A stretch of DNA of 64,000 nucleotides from Gracilinanus agilis (Eukaryota), in NCBI RefSeq assembly GCF_016433145.1, contig NC_058131.1, positions 721,577,860 to 721,641,859 on the forward strand, written 5' to 3'. Of this stretch, positions 1 through 10,640 are shown one piece after another. The notes under the pieces were generated by a model. That model ran no database searches. It had not been told where the DNA came from and saw only the letters and a list, made by a program, of their open reading frames with translations. A program made the position numbers and the translations under genes. Position 1 is the stretch's first letter. Each line of letters begins with the position of its first letter.

Positions 1-18
1 AAAATAGAGATTTCATTT

Positions 19-20
<2 letters not shown>

Positions 21-52
<32 letters not shown>
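21..52. repeat. (CA)n microsatellite
   Basis: Perfect CA dinucleotide run. Confidence 0.95.
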
Positions 53-56
<4 letters not shown>

Positions 57-256
57 AGTAACTGGAAGGCAGGTGCTACCAAGACCCCTATTTTATAATT
101 AAGGAAACTGGGGCAGACAAAAGTTAAATAACTTGTGTAGATTTTAAAATTAATATCCAGTACTCCAAGTATTATATTTAATAAGATTTATGAAAGTTAA
201 ACTTGAAGCAAAAGGGGAAACTAAAAGGCCAGAGTCCAGAGGGAGCTCACCCAAAC

Positions 257-259
<3 letters not shown>

Positions 260-307
<48 letters not shown>
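260..307. repeat. (AG)n microsatellite
   Basis: Perfect AG run; explains the ERERER and SLSLSL ORFs. Confidence 0.95.
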
Positions 308-310
<3 letters not shown>

Positions 311-547
311 AACCGAAACTATACACGGACAAGGGAACCACACGAACGTAAAGGAAAACGAAAAGGAATTGTGGGAAACGTCGTGCTGGGGTACAACATT
401 CTAACTACACTTGCCCAGCGGCACACAGTGAGCGAGTGTCGGAGGCCAGACTGACTTCTCTCTTTCCGACTCCAGGCCGAGCGTTCTGGCCTCTGCATCA
501 TCTAGAAAAGTGAACTGGGCTCAGGTGGTGAAGGACTTTAAAATCCA

Positions 548-845
548 GATAGAGAGACAGACGGATGGATAGACAGATGGATAGACAGGCAGGCAGGCAA
601 GCAGACAAAGACAAAAGGACAGACAGAGGGATGGATGGATGGATGGATGGACGGATGGACAGACAGGTAGGTAGGTCGGTAGATAAATGGATGAATGGGT
701 AGACAGACAGAGAGATGGGTGGATGGCTGGATAGATAGAAGATAGATAGGCAGAAAGACTGACTGACCGACAGACAGATGGACAGAGACAGACATATAGG
801 TAGATGAATAGATGGATGGACGGACAAAAGCTGCTGGATAGAGAT
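548..845. repeat. Compound tetranucleotide microsatellite (GATA/GACA/GGAT/GGCA/GGTA)
   Basis: Interleaved degenerate tetramer runs. Confidence 0.9.
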
Positions 846-2959
846 GATCTGAGAGTCACTGACACAGAGAGTCATTGAACCCACTTCCCAGCATCTCCTC
901 AACATTTTCTCTCTATTCTGGCTGTCATCCTCGTTCCCCTTCCCCACCCCCCACCCCAAGAAAACAGGCAGTTCAAGGGAAGAAATCCAAGCTACAAAAA
1001 TATGTGGACCAAGTGCCACGTCACTGATTAAAGAAATGCCAACTAAAGCCCCCCTCAAAGTGGCCGAGGGAAGGAGCGGCCAGAGGGCAGCAGGGAGACC
1101 GTCCCCGTGCCGTGAGCAGGGCTCTGGCCTGGACCGGTCATTCTGGAGGGCAACTCGGGACGATGCCCTCAAAGCCATGAAACTGCCAGCCCTCGGACCC
1201 TGCAACAGCACCTCCCGCTCCGTCCCCAGAGAAGCTCAGAACAGGAGGAAAAGGGGCCGGCGTGTCCCCCAAGATGGGCAGCCAAAGACTTGGGAGCAGA
1301 GGGGGCACGTGTGGCTGGGGTGGGATGTCAGTGTCCCATCAGGAATGATGAAAAGGGTGGTTTCAGGGGAAACTGGGAAGACCTGTTTGGGCTGAGGAAG
1401 GGGGAAGAGAGCAGAGCCGGGAGAACATTGACAGGGTGGCAAGAAGGAAAGAGGGAGAACTCGGAAAGCCGCCCAATGGATGGAGAGCCCCAGCCGGATT
1501 CCCGAGGAGGAGCAGAAAGCCCGAGCCTGACCTGCTGACCGAAGCGGGTGGATGCAACATGGAGCACAAGGCGCACGTTGTGGACATGGAGAAGGACGGC
1601 GTTTGCTTTGATCGCCTCATTGTGCTTGCCAGGAGGCCCTTCTTTTCTTTGTCACTCAGTGGTGGGGGAAGTGGCCAGGAGACAAAACAAAGGCTTGATT
1701 TTTACAAAAAGGAAGGTGGGAGCCAAGGAGGCGAAGGAAGGCCCTCATGGAGCCGTCAGCCTCTTCCTCAGAGAGTAAGGGAGGCGCGGTAGAAGAGAAG
1801 GAGGCTATGGAAGAGGAGGACAAAGGAAGATTCCCAAGGCTTGGGGCCTCGATTTCTTTTGTTTTCGGTCAAACCTGAGGCTTGCTTCTCGGGAGTCGGG
1901 GAGGAGATGAGAACCCTTTGGCTTTCAGAGGAGCCGAAGCTTGGCCAGGGGAAGGACGGGATGGGCAGCTGGAAGCCACCCAGGATGGGGCTTTGGTGAG
2001 GAGCCAGAGGCGGGCGGAGGAGGGAGGACCACATCCTGTTGGACCTGATGGACCGCACCAAGGGCTCGAGACAAGGAAGGGAGGAGTGTGGAGCCAGAGC
2101 AGGGCTGAGGTCTGGGAAAGCACCGAGGAAAAGACCCCAGGGAGGATGGAGAAGAGATTTGGGAGGAGGAAGGAGGGCAGGAGATGGTGATCAGCAGTAG
2201 GAAATTCAGAAGTTTTCCGGAAGCAGAAACCCTGGGAATGTGGAAAGATGAAAGGGAGTCAGGAGGCCTGGGTTCAAATCCTACCTCCTATCAGTGACAG
2301 CCCTGTGACAAGGATGAAGCCATTTCACCAAAGTAAGAGCTTTCCAGTTCAAACATTTTCCTAACGCATGTGCCCAGGAGGGGCTTCCTCCAGGAGCTTG
2401 AGTGTCAGGGGGCAGCGTGGAGCCCAGAACTCGTCCCACCTTGGTTCTTCTGGAGGTGAGGGGCTGCGCTGGAGAAGCTCCCCCAGCCTCCCCTCCCTGA
2501 AGGGTTAGGGGTGACCTCAGCATCCCGGAGGGCTAAAATGACAGCCTGGAACCTGAGACTCCGGACTCCAGAGAGGCAGCCCCGGAGCCAGGCCTCCCTC
2601 CCTTCCCTCCTATCTCAGACTCGTGTATCCTCTCCACGCAGATGATTCTCCCTCATCCTGGTCAGGGGAGCGGGTGGGGGGCACGAGATTGTGGCCCAAA
2701 TGCCCCCCGCCCTGCCTCCTGGGGCCGCCGAGAAGGAAGTTCTGCCCACCCTGTTTGGACTCTGATTAGTTCTGTTGACCAGAAGGAGCAGCTGGCAAAG
2801 CAAAGGCCTCCCTCCCTCCCTGCCTCCCTCCTTCCTCTCTTGCCCGCGTCCCCCCCACTCCTCCTCTTCCCTTTGGCACCCTGGAAGGGCTCCCATAGGA
2901 GGCCCCCAGCCAGAGCTGGGCCTCCGTTCCTGGGGACTCCCCGGCGGGGCCAGGCTCAC

Positions 2960-3101
2960 CGTACAGGGCTTGGATGGCTCTCCTGTCCTCCCAGCCCAGT
3001 TCAAACTCCGTCTCTGGGTGCGTGTAGCCCGGCTGCATGATGGACCCCGTCTGGTCCAGGTGAGGCAGGCCCAGGACGTGGCCGATTTCATGCACTGCCA
3101 C
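2960..3101 (-). CDS. MMP21: MMP21 exon 4 (142 nt): zinc-binding helix and Met-turn
   Basis: cag|GTG...TAC G|gtgag; [48 protein letters not shown] has HExxHxxGxxH and IMQP. Confidence 0.95.
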
Positions 3102-3200
3102 CTGCAGAGGAAGCGCGGCCGCCTTCAGGGGGTTCCCCGGGGCCGGGGCAGCCTCGGACCCTGGGCCCCCTCCGTCGGCCGGCCGGCGCGGGGCCCTTAC

Positions 3201-3340
3201 TTTGAGCAGGCTGATGCCGCTGTCGCTGCTGGGGGACGTGAAGTGCTCGTCGTCGTCGAAGTGGATGTCCCCGAAGTGCCGGGCGTGGGCCAGCTCCTGG
3301 CCGCTGCCATCGAAGGGCCGGCTGCAGCCCAGGTGTTGGC
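3201..3340 (-). CDS. MMP21: MMP21 exon 3 (140 nt): catalytic domain
   Basis: ccag|GC...AAA|gtaag; [46 protein letters not shown]. Confidence 0.95.
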
Positions 3341-3614
3341 CTGGAGAGAGGGGAGACGCCCGGCCGTAAAAGGGGGCCGCAGTGAGGAGACGGAGGGAGA
3401 AGCCGCACTCCTGCCTCGTGCCGAGGAGGAAGCCGAGGCCCGGAGGGTCAGTCCTCGGAGGCTGCCTGGCACCACCCCGCCACGTTCTACAAGGGAAGAA
3501 ACCGAGGCACGGGGGAATGGGATAATTTGCCGCTGGGGAGGAGGGTAGACTGGAACGGGGCGATGCTAAGCCAGAGGCAGTCCCCAGGGTTTGCCAATCG
3601 ATCGCCTGACTCAC

Positions 3615-4239
3615 CCGTTCCGAATCCCAACTTGATGTCTACGAGGGCTGGGGGAGATAGCTGGTCCTCTTTGAACACCAGTGGGGTCACCTCACTCCAC
3701 ATCCGGAAGGCCAGCCTGAAGACGAACCTCTGCTCCTCGATGGACAGCTGGCTGCTGTAGCCTTCCCCCACCAGCCTCCATCTCAGCAGCCTCCTGGAGA
3801 AAGCCCGCGGGGGGCTCCGCTTTGGCCTCTGCCTGCCCAGCAGCGCTGAGAACCATTTGGGGTGCTCTCTGGGACTTGGGTCCAAGCTTCCTCCCCTGGG
3901 CATGATCCTTGGCACTGTTGCCCCCGGGAGCTGGTGGTCGGGCATGCCACACCGGGGCTGGTTCATCGCGGCCAGGGTGGCTTTGTCCAGCTGTCCAGTC
4001 ACTGGTAACCGATTAAATGACTGGAACTTGGCGATGGCCTCCCTGAGGCCTGGGTTTCCGCTGAGTCCCGCTGCCAGGAGTTTCCCTCTTTGCCTTGGCA
4101 TGGAAATCGCCTCCTCCATGCCAGGGAGATCTCTAGGCTCCATGGGCGGTTTGTCATCAGTGCTGGGCCCCAGAACATCTGGGGAGGAAGCCGTTCCCCC
4201 ACTGGACCCCTCTGTCCAGCCATATTTGGATAAGAACAA
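3615..4239 (-). CDS. MMP21: MMP21 exon 2 (625 nt): prodomain, cysteine switch, furin site, start of catalytic domain
   Basis: tttcag|TTG...ACG G|gtgag; [41 protein letters not shown]. Confidence 0.93.
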
Positions 4240-5275
4240 CTGAAACAAAAAACAAAAACATCACTCCAGCATTGCCATTGGCTTGGCCTTCTCACGCCAT
4301 TGGGAACAGGAGGCTGCCAAAGGTGAGCTCGTCAGTTAAGCGGTTATTAGGCGCCTGCTGTGTGTCCAGCATCAGGGAGCAAAGCAGTCCCTGCCCTCAA
4401 GGGGCTTACCTTCTGTCCAGGAGACACAGGCACAGACAGGCACACGGAAAACCCAGAAAACATATTCCAGGTATCCTTGGAGGGAAAAGCTCTGGTTGGC
4501 TGGGCAGTTGGGGGGGTAGGAAGAGCCTCATGCAGAAAGAAGACCCTGGGCTGTCTTAAAGGGGGCCACTGATGGCTCTTAGCTGGGCATTCGAGGCCCT
4601 CCACCATTCACCTTTCCAGTCTTGCTATGTGGGGCTCCTCCACCTTCCACCCAAACTAAACTAACTTGGCAGCCCATCTCCCTTGGACCACCTGCACAAG
4701 TGACTGCCTCCCACAGCCAGGCGTACATTCCCTCGGCCTGCCAACCCACCAACCAGCGTTTCAGGTCCTCATCCATGGAGAATCCTAGGACGACTGAGCC
4801 AGAAGGGGCAGAAGCATCAAGCCCGATGCCCTCAGGGACCCTCTTCCTCCTGACATGCACTGATTCACTGACCATCGGTCGTGTATGTGGCCTCGGCCAG
4901 CTCCGATGGATGGTCTTTACTGTCTCCCCTATTTAAAGCATGGCTGTTGCCATCCCAACTCACGGCCTCATTGGGTCGGTGTGAGGAGATGGTGCTTGGT
5001 TAGTCGTGAAGGACAAGAGGAACGTGAGCTGGCGCGTCCTGGCTCAGGAGTCCATTCAGACCAAGCGGTTTGGAACTGGAGTGAAGACGCAACAAGAATG
5101 AAGGATGGCCAAGAGGCAGCACCCGCAGCCTAATGGAAATGGATCCTGTGGGCACTCGTGGACACGACCAGCTGGCCAAGGGGAAGCTCCACAGTGCAGG
5201 GGCACAAGCAGTCCCTGGAGGAGCTGGGAACTGGCTGGACTATTCTGGGATGAAGTGTCCATAAAAGGTCTTTTT

Positions 5276-6210
5276 TTTAAATTAATTTTTATTTTAAAAT
5301 GTTTTTCCATGTTTTCACATCATTTTCTCTTCCTCCCCTCTTCCCTCCCCCCTCCCAGAGCCAACAAGCAATTCTACTGGGTTGTACAAATGTTGTCACT
5401 TGATACATATTTCCATGTTATTCATTTTTGCTATAGAGCAATCTTTTAAAGCCGAAGCCCCTGGGGGCAACTGGGTAGCTCAGTGGATTGAGTCAGGCCT
5501 AGAGATGGGAGGTCCTGGGTTCAAATCTGGCCTCAGACACTTCCCAGCTGTGTGACCCTGGGCAAGTCACTTGACTCCCATGGCCCACCCTTACCACTCT
5601 TCCACCAAGGAGCCAATACACAGAAATTAAGGGTTAAAAAAAAAAAAAGCCAAAGCCCCACCTCACATCCCCATATGTGCATGTGATAAGTGATGTCATA
5701 TATTTTTCTTCTGCGTTTCTGCTCCTACAGTTCTTCCTCTGGATGTGGATACATCCTTTTCCATAAGTCCCTCAGGATTGTCCTGGGTCATTGCATTGCT
5801 GCTAGTAGCAAAGTCAGTTCTATTGTGCTACAATGTATCAGCTTCTGCGTACAAAGTTCTCCTGGTTCTGCTCCTTTCACTCTGTGTCACTTCCTGGAGG
5901 TCTTTCCAGTTCACGTGGAATTCCTCCAGTTCATCATTCCTTTCAGCACAATAATATTCCATCCCCATCAGATACCACAATGTGTTTAGCCATTCCCTAA
6001 TTGAGGGACACCTCCTCATTTTCCAATTTTTTGCCACCATAAAGAGTGCGGCTATAAATATTTTTGTACAAGCCCTTTTCCCCATTATCTCTTTAGGGTA
6101 CAAACTCAGCAGTGCTATGGCTGGATCAAAGGGCAGACAGTCTTTTGAAGCCCTTTGGGAATGGCTGGATCAATTCACAACTCCACCAGCAGTGTATTAG
6201 TGACCTGATT
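5276..6210 (-). mobile_element. 5'-truncated L1 (ORF2 C-terminus plus 3'UTR) in MMP21 intron 1
   Basis: ORF 5828-6103 KIFIAALFMVAKNWK...LEEFHVNWKDLQEV is the L1 ORF2 tail; 16-bp TSD cataaaaggtcttttt at 5260-5275 and 6211-6226. Confidence 0.92.
5463..5647 (+). mobile_element. SINE1_Mdo-type CORE-SINE inserted in the L1
   Basis: ggggcaactgggtagctcagtggat head, A-tail; TSD aaagccgaagcccc (5448-5461) / aaagccaaagcccc (5646-5659). Confidence 0.92.
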
Positions 6211-6275
6211 CATAAAAGGTCTTTTTAAATAACCAGGACACAACAGGAAGTTCATGAGCAAGTCAACAAGGACTA

Positions 6276-6468
6276 TTTTTTTAAACCCTTCCTTCCCATC
6301 TTAAAACCAATATTGTGTATTGGTTCTAAGACAGAAGAGTGGTAAGGGCTAAGCAATCGTGGTTAAGTGACTTATCCAAGGTCACATAGCTAGGAAGTGT
6401 CTGAGGCCAGATTTGAACCCAAGACCTCCTGTCTTTAGGCCTGGCTCTCTATCCACTAAGCCACCTAC
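6276..6468 (-). mobile_element. Marsupial CORE-SINE, long-tail SINE1_Mdo-like
   Basis: Reverse complement matches the tRNA-derived head, core and tail of the other SINE copies. Confidence 0.85.
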
Positions 6469-6644
6469 CAACTTCCTCAACAAGTACTTGTTAGTCCAGT
6501 GTGCCCTCATGGAGATGATACTGTAATTGGGGAGTCTCAGGAGTCTATTAGCATGTGGCTTTAAACACACATGTATACAGAGGCCTATATGTCTGTATGC
6601 AAACACATGTGCACACATACACAGTAACTAGCCTATATAGGCTG

Positions 6645-6800
6645 CTCTAAGGTTTGCAAAAGCACTGCAAATATCTCATTTGATCCTCACCACAAGCCTG
6701 TGAGGTACATGTTATTATTCCCAATTTGCAGACTAGTAAACTGAGGTCCAAGGAGGTTAACTGTCTTGCCTAGGATCATACTTCTAGTAAGCATCTGAGG
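6645..6800 (-). mobile_element. MIR-type SINE
   Basis: tctcatttgatcctcac...aaactgagg...cttgcctaggatcat core. Confidence 0.75.
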
Positions 6801-7200
6801 CTGTTATATGCACATATATGTGCAAATATAAGTAAGTTCTTAAAAAACAAACCCAAGAGAACAACTTTCCTGTTCTTTGAAGCTTGAAATGTTTGTTTCT
6901 CAATGATTAAGTTTAAAATTAAAAAACCAAACAAATTTAGGATGTCATAATTCTGCAAGAACAGTTATTAAAGTGCTCCGGCTCATTGGTCCAGGGACAG
7001 TTCCCAAGGCAGTTACTAACAGCTAGAAAAGCTCTGCCGTACACAATGTTTGGGGCAGGATTATATGTGCTAACAACTAGCTGGAAATAAGCATGTGCCC
7101 ATCCACAGGATTAGCTGAACAAATGACAACACATGTATGTGATGGAATAGTACTTCCAAGATGAATAATTTGAAGAAAACATGGGAAGGCACATGATCAA

Positions 7201-7370
7201 AGAGGGCTGGTTCTAGAGTCAGAGGTCCTGGGTTTGAATCCCACTTGTGACATTTACTCCCTGCGTGGCTAGAGACAAGTCCCTTCCCCTCCTTGGGCAT
7301 CATTTTCCTCATCTGCAAAATAATGAGGGCATGGCCTGAATGGTCCTTGGGGTCCCTCCCAGCTTTAGAT
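7201..7370 (+). mobile_element. MIR/MIR3-type SINE
   Basis: ctagagtcagaggtcctgggtttgaatccc...ttttcctcatctgcaaaat. Confidence 0.75.
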
Positions 7371-8095
7371 CTAGAGTCCTATTGTCCTCTGCTCTAAATG
7401 ATTCAGAGCAAAGAATGAAAATTTGGCAACCACAAAGGAAATAAAACCAAAGTTTCTCCTCTCTGGTGACAAGATTCAAGGCGGATACAGTGGATCATGG
7501 TGGCACCATGTCCCGTCCTATCCAAATTTTGCTTTCTGTCCACAACCTAAGCTCTGTTGGGGATCGTCTAAGGTTTATTGGTAAGTCGGTTGTGCCCAAC
7601 CATAAGGCATCAATGGAGGCCCAACCCTCGGACACTGACGATCCCAGGATCTCCGTAAGGCAGGTCCTCCCTCAGATGCTGATGCAAATAACAGTCCAGC
7701 CACTCTTGCCTCGCTTGGGCTGCTTGATTCAATGCCCCCCACCTCATCCCCTGAGTCCCAAGGAGATTCCTGACAGTAAGATTTTTTTTTAAATAAAATT
7801 GACATTTTCCTTTTGAATAAATGGAAAACAAATCTAAATGCTCTAAGGAAGGCCTTAGAACACTCCGGGTGTTCCCCAAAGGAGGGAAGGAACAAGAGTC
7901 CGTCCACTCTTGGTACGTTGGCTGCACTTGTAATTGCTTGGGGATGGATTGGGCTTGCCGTCAGGAGGAGGTCACAGAGCTTGTGAAGGGCCCTTTGTAG
8001 AAAGCAGCCTTTCCACAGTCCTCGGGGTGGGGGTGGGGGCGCACTGTGTGTAAGTGTGAGTGCTGGGGGGCTGGCATGGCAGAGGTTTCTCTTAC

Positions 8096-8257
8096 CTGAG
8101 CAGAATGCAGGTCAGTGACAGGCTTTGCTTGGCGCAGGACAGACTCCTCTAGATCTGAGTGGTCCCGACTGTGGAATAGTTTTTCTGGCTGGCTGGGCCA
8201 GGGGGCAGCCAGAAAGCAGAGCAGCCATTTCCAGGGCAGACGCAGAGTAGCCTGCAT
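8096..8257 (-). CDS. MMP21: MMP21 exon 1 CDS (162 nt): signal peptide and start of prodomain
   Basis: ATG at 8257; [54 protein letters not shown]|gtaag resembles the human MMP21 N-terminus. Confidence 0.95.
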
Positions 8258-8351
8258 GGCACTTGTCAAGACAGAAGCCCCCCTGACCCTTCCTCCTGGT
8301 CGTTTCTTCTCTTCTAAGAAGAGCCTCTTTGCTTGGAGGAAGGGACCCACT

Positions 8352-8411
8352 CTTTATATCTTGGAGACCTCCCCCTCCTCTTTCTCCAAGCTCTTGTGCA
8401 AGAATTCTCAC
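8352..8411 (-). promoter_or_regulatory. Candidate MMP21 core promoter: TATA box plus CSL/RBPJ-like site
   Basis: TATAAAG at 8358-8352, about 95 nt upstream of the ATG; GTGAGAA at 8411-8405. Confidence 0.5.
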
Positions 8412-8579
8412 CACACTGTGAAGTGTGCTGCCCCAGGGTGAGCCTGAGGAAAACCTGCCCTTTGAAGACCTCTGGGCTGCCGCCTCCCGATGCCCACTTG
8501 CCAGGGACCTACTTGCCCATCTACAAGCTCTTCGCCTTCTGCGATCTCATCGGCTCTCATTGGTTCAACCACCTGACAA

Positions 8580-9310
8580 GCACTCATGGAGCCCCTGCTC
8601 CTGGGCCCTTGTCTCCCTCTATTTCACTGGGTGATCTCTTCAGCACCCACGGGTTCAACCACCATCTTTATGAGCCAACTCACGTCTGTTTGATCACCCT
8701 CAGTCTCTCTCCTGCCCTCCACTTTTATGTTTTCAGTTGTGTATTAGACGTCTTAAGCTGGATAGTCCATCCATTCGACATGTCCCAAGCTGAATTCATT
8801 ATCTTCCCCACTCCCAAACTCCCCTCTTTCCAACTTCCTCTTACTGTTGAGTGCACCATCCTCCTCCTCTCCCCCAGGCTCAGAAGTTGGGTATCTTCAA
8901 CTCTCCCTCTCTCCCGCCCCACCCCAAATCCTGTCAATTGTACTTTTGTAGCATTTCTCCCAAGTGGCCCCTCTGTCCTCTCGTTCTGCCACCACCTTGT
9001 TGCCTCATGCCCACTGGTGGTGGATCTGCTTCCCCTCAAGTTTCTCCCTCTCTAATCCATCCTCCATGCAAAAGTGATCAATGATCTTCCTCCAGCACCA
9101 TTTTAACCATGTCACTTCCCTATTTAATCAACCCGACTCTCTCTTATCTCCAGGACCAAAGAGAAAGTCCCATTCAGCTTCCAAAGCCCTATATGCTCTG
9201 TCATCATCGTCCTCCCCCTCCCCTACAGCACTCATTCCTGACCTTCTTGTTCTCCCCTGGACAAGACACTCCCAGCTGCCTACCCTGGCCTTTCCCCAAA
9301 TCTCCACCAA
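8580..9310 (+). mobile_element. Ancient L2 LINE fragment (ORF2 C-terminal region)
   Basis: Degenerate L2-like translation (DVLSWIVHPFDMSQAEFIIFP...) and pyrimidine-rich L2 composition. Confidence 0.8.
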
Positions 9311-9334
9311 ATCTCATTTATTGTTCCTTGTCAA

Positions 9335-9535
9335 CTTCCAGCTCATAACGAGAAGGTGATGTTTGGAAAGATTGAGGGCAAAAGGAGACGAGGATAGCAG
9401 AAGAGGACATGGGCAGATGGTGGCATGGAAGCAAGGAACAAGAGCTTGGGCAGACCTTCAGAGGTAGTGGAGGACAGAAGGGTCTGGTGTGCCAAGGTCC
9501 ATGGGTCATGAAGACCCTGAACACCACCGTAATTT
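9335..9535 (+). mobile_element. RTE/BovB-like LINE 3' end
   Basis: gatgtttggaaagattgagggcaaaaggaga...agtggaggacagaagggtctggtgtgc...gtccatgggtcatgaaga resembles the RTE 3' terminus. Confidence 0.75.
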
Positions 9536-10349
9536 CCAGCTCAGATGACAGAGTGAACATGAACACAACAGCCCAGCTCTTTCAGCAAGGATCAAAAAAG
9601 AGCCCTAGCCTCAATAATGATCAATAATACAAGAGGAAATTGTGGCAAGTACTTGTCTCTAGCACTGGTCCACACAAAAAGCTCTTAGTCTCTGGGCAAT
9701 AGGGATGGGTCAAACCAGAAAATCTGGGGCACAGGTGACCAGAGCAAGAAAGCCTTCCAGGGTAGAACAGGAGTGAGTGAAGAACCTGAAGCCTGAACCT
9801 GTGAACAAGGAGAATGGGAATGGGTGGATGAGGACTGAGTAGGAACACCCTGAGAATGTAGCTGTGTCTCTGAGCCTGGGCTGGAGTCAGGAGCAGCAAA
9901 ATTCTGATGGGGAGGGGAAGGATCGCACCAGTCTTAGAATTAGCCATGTCCTAGGGCTCTGAGAGTTTTCAGCTTGCTGACCTGAGCCTCCTCTCTCTGA
10001 TGAGGGAGAGACAAATTAGAAAAAGAAAAGTATAGGCTATTGTCCCTATCCATGCTAAAAAATTATACCCAAAGGGAGCAGTAACTTGAAGGCAGCATAG
10101 AGTGTTTGTAGCAAGGGATGAATCTGACCCCTGAGTGATTGTCCATGGATTCTGGACTCGAGAACAAGCTGTCCAAGGGACCTGAAGGTCCAGGTTTTAA
10201 GGAAGTGTAAGCAGTAACATTTTGTCCACAAAGAAATCACAGAATTAGGAATGGGAAAGATTTCAGGGGCCTACCTCCATCCGAACTCATCCCCATCATC
10301 TGGCTGCCCAGGCTCCTCTTCAGGGTGCCCTCCTTACCTCGAGGCAGCC

Positions 10350-10640
10350 CAGTCAGTCAGTCAGTCAGTCAGTCAGTCAGTCAGCATTTATTTATTAAGT
10401 ACACTAGACATTGTACAAAGCTCTGGGGATACAAAGAAAGGGAAAACATTTAAAACCAGTCCCTGCCCTCCAGGAGCTCACAGTCTAGTGGGGGAGACAG
10501 TAGGCAAACAGCTGTGTCCCCTGGGACCCAAACAAGAGCATTGAGAGTCTGGGGAGGCTTCTTGTAGAAGGTGGGATCTCACTGGGACTTGAAGGAAGCC
10601 CGGGAAGCCTAGGGGCAGAGATGAGCAGGGGGTGCCTGGG
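10350..10640 (-). mobile_element. L2 3' end with (GTCA)n tail at 10350-10384
   Basis: cagcatttattattaag...ccctgccctccaggagctcacagtctagtggggga is a typical L2 terminus in reverse. Confidence 0.8.

Noticed and set aside
150-1211. ORFs of 60-237 aa at the left end
   Set aside because: They are translations of (AG)n and GATA/GGAT microsatellites
7466-7792. 108-aa plus-strand ORF in MMP21 intron 1
   Set aside because: No recognisable domain or splice context; expected by chance
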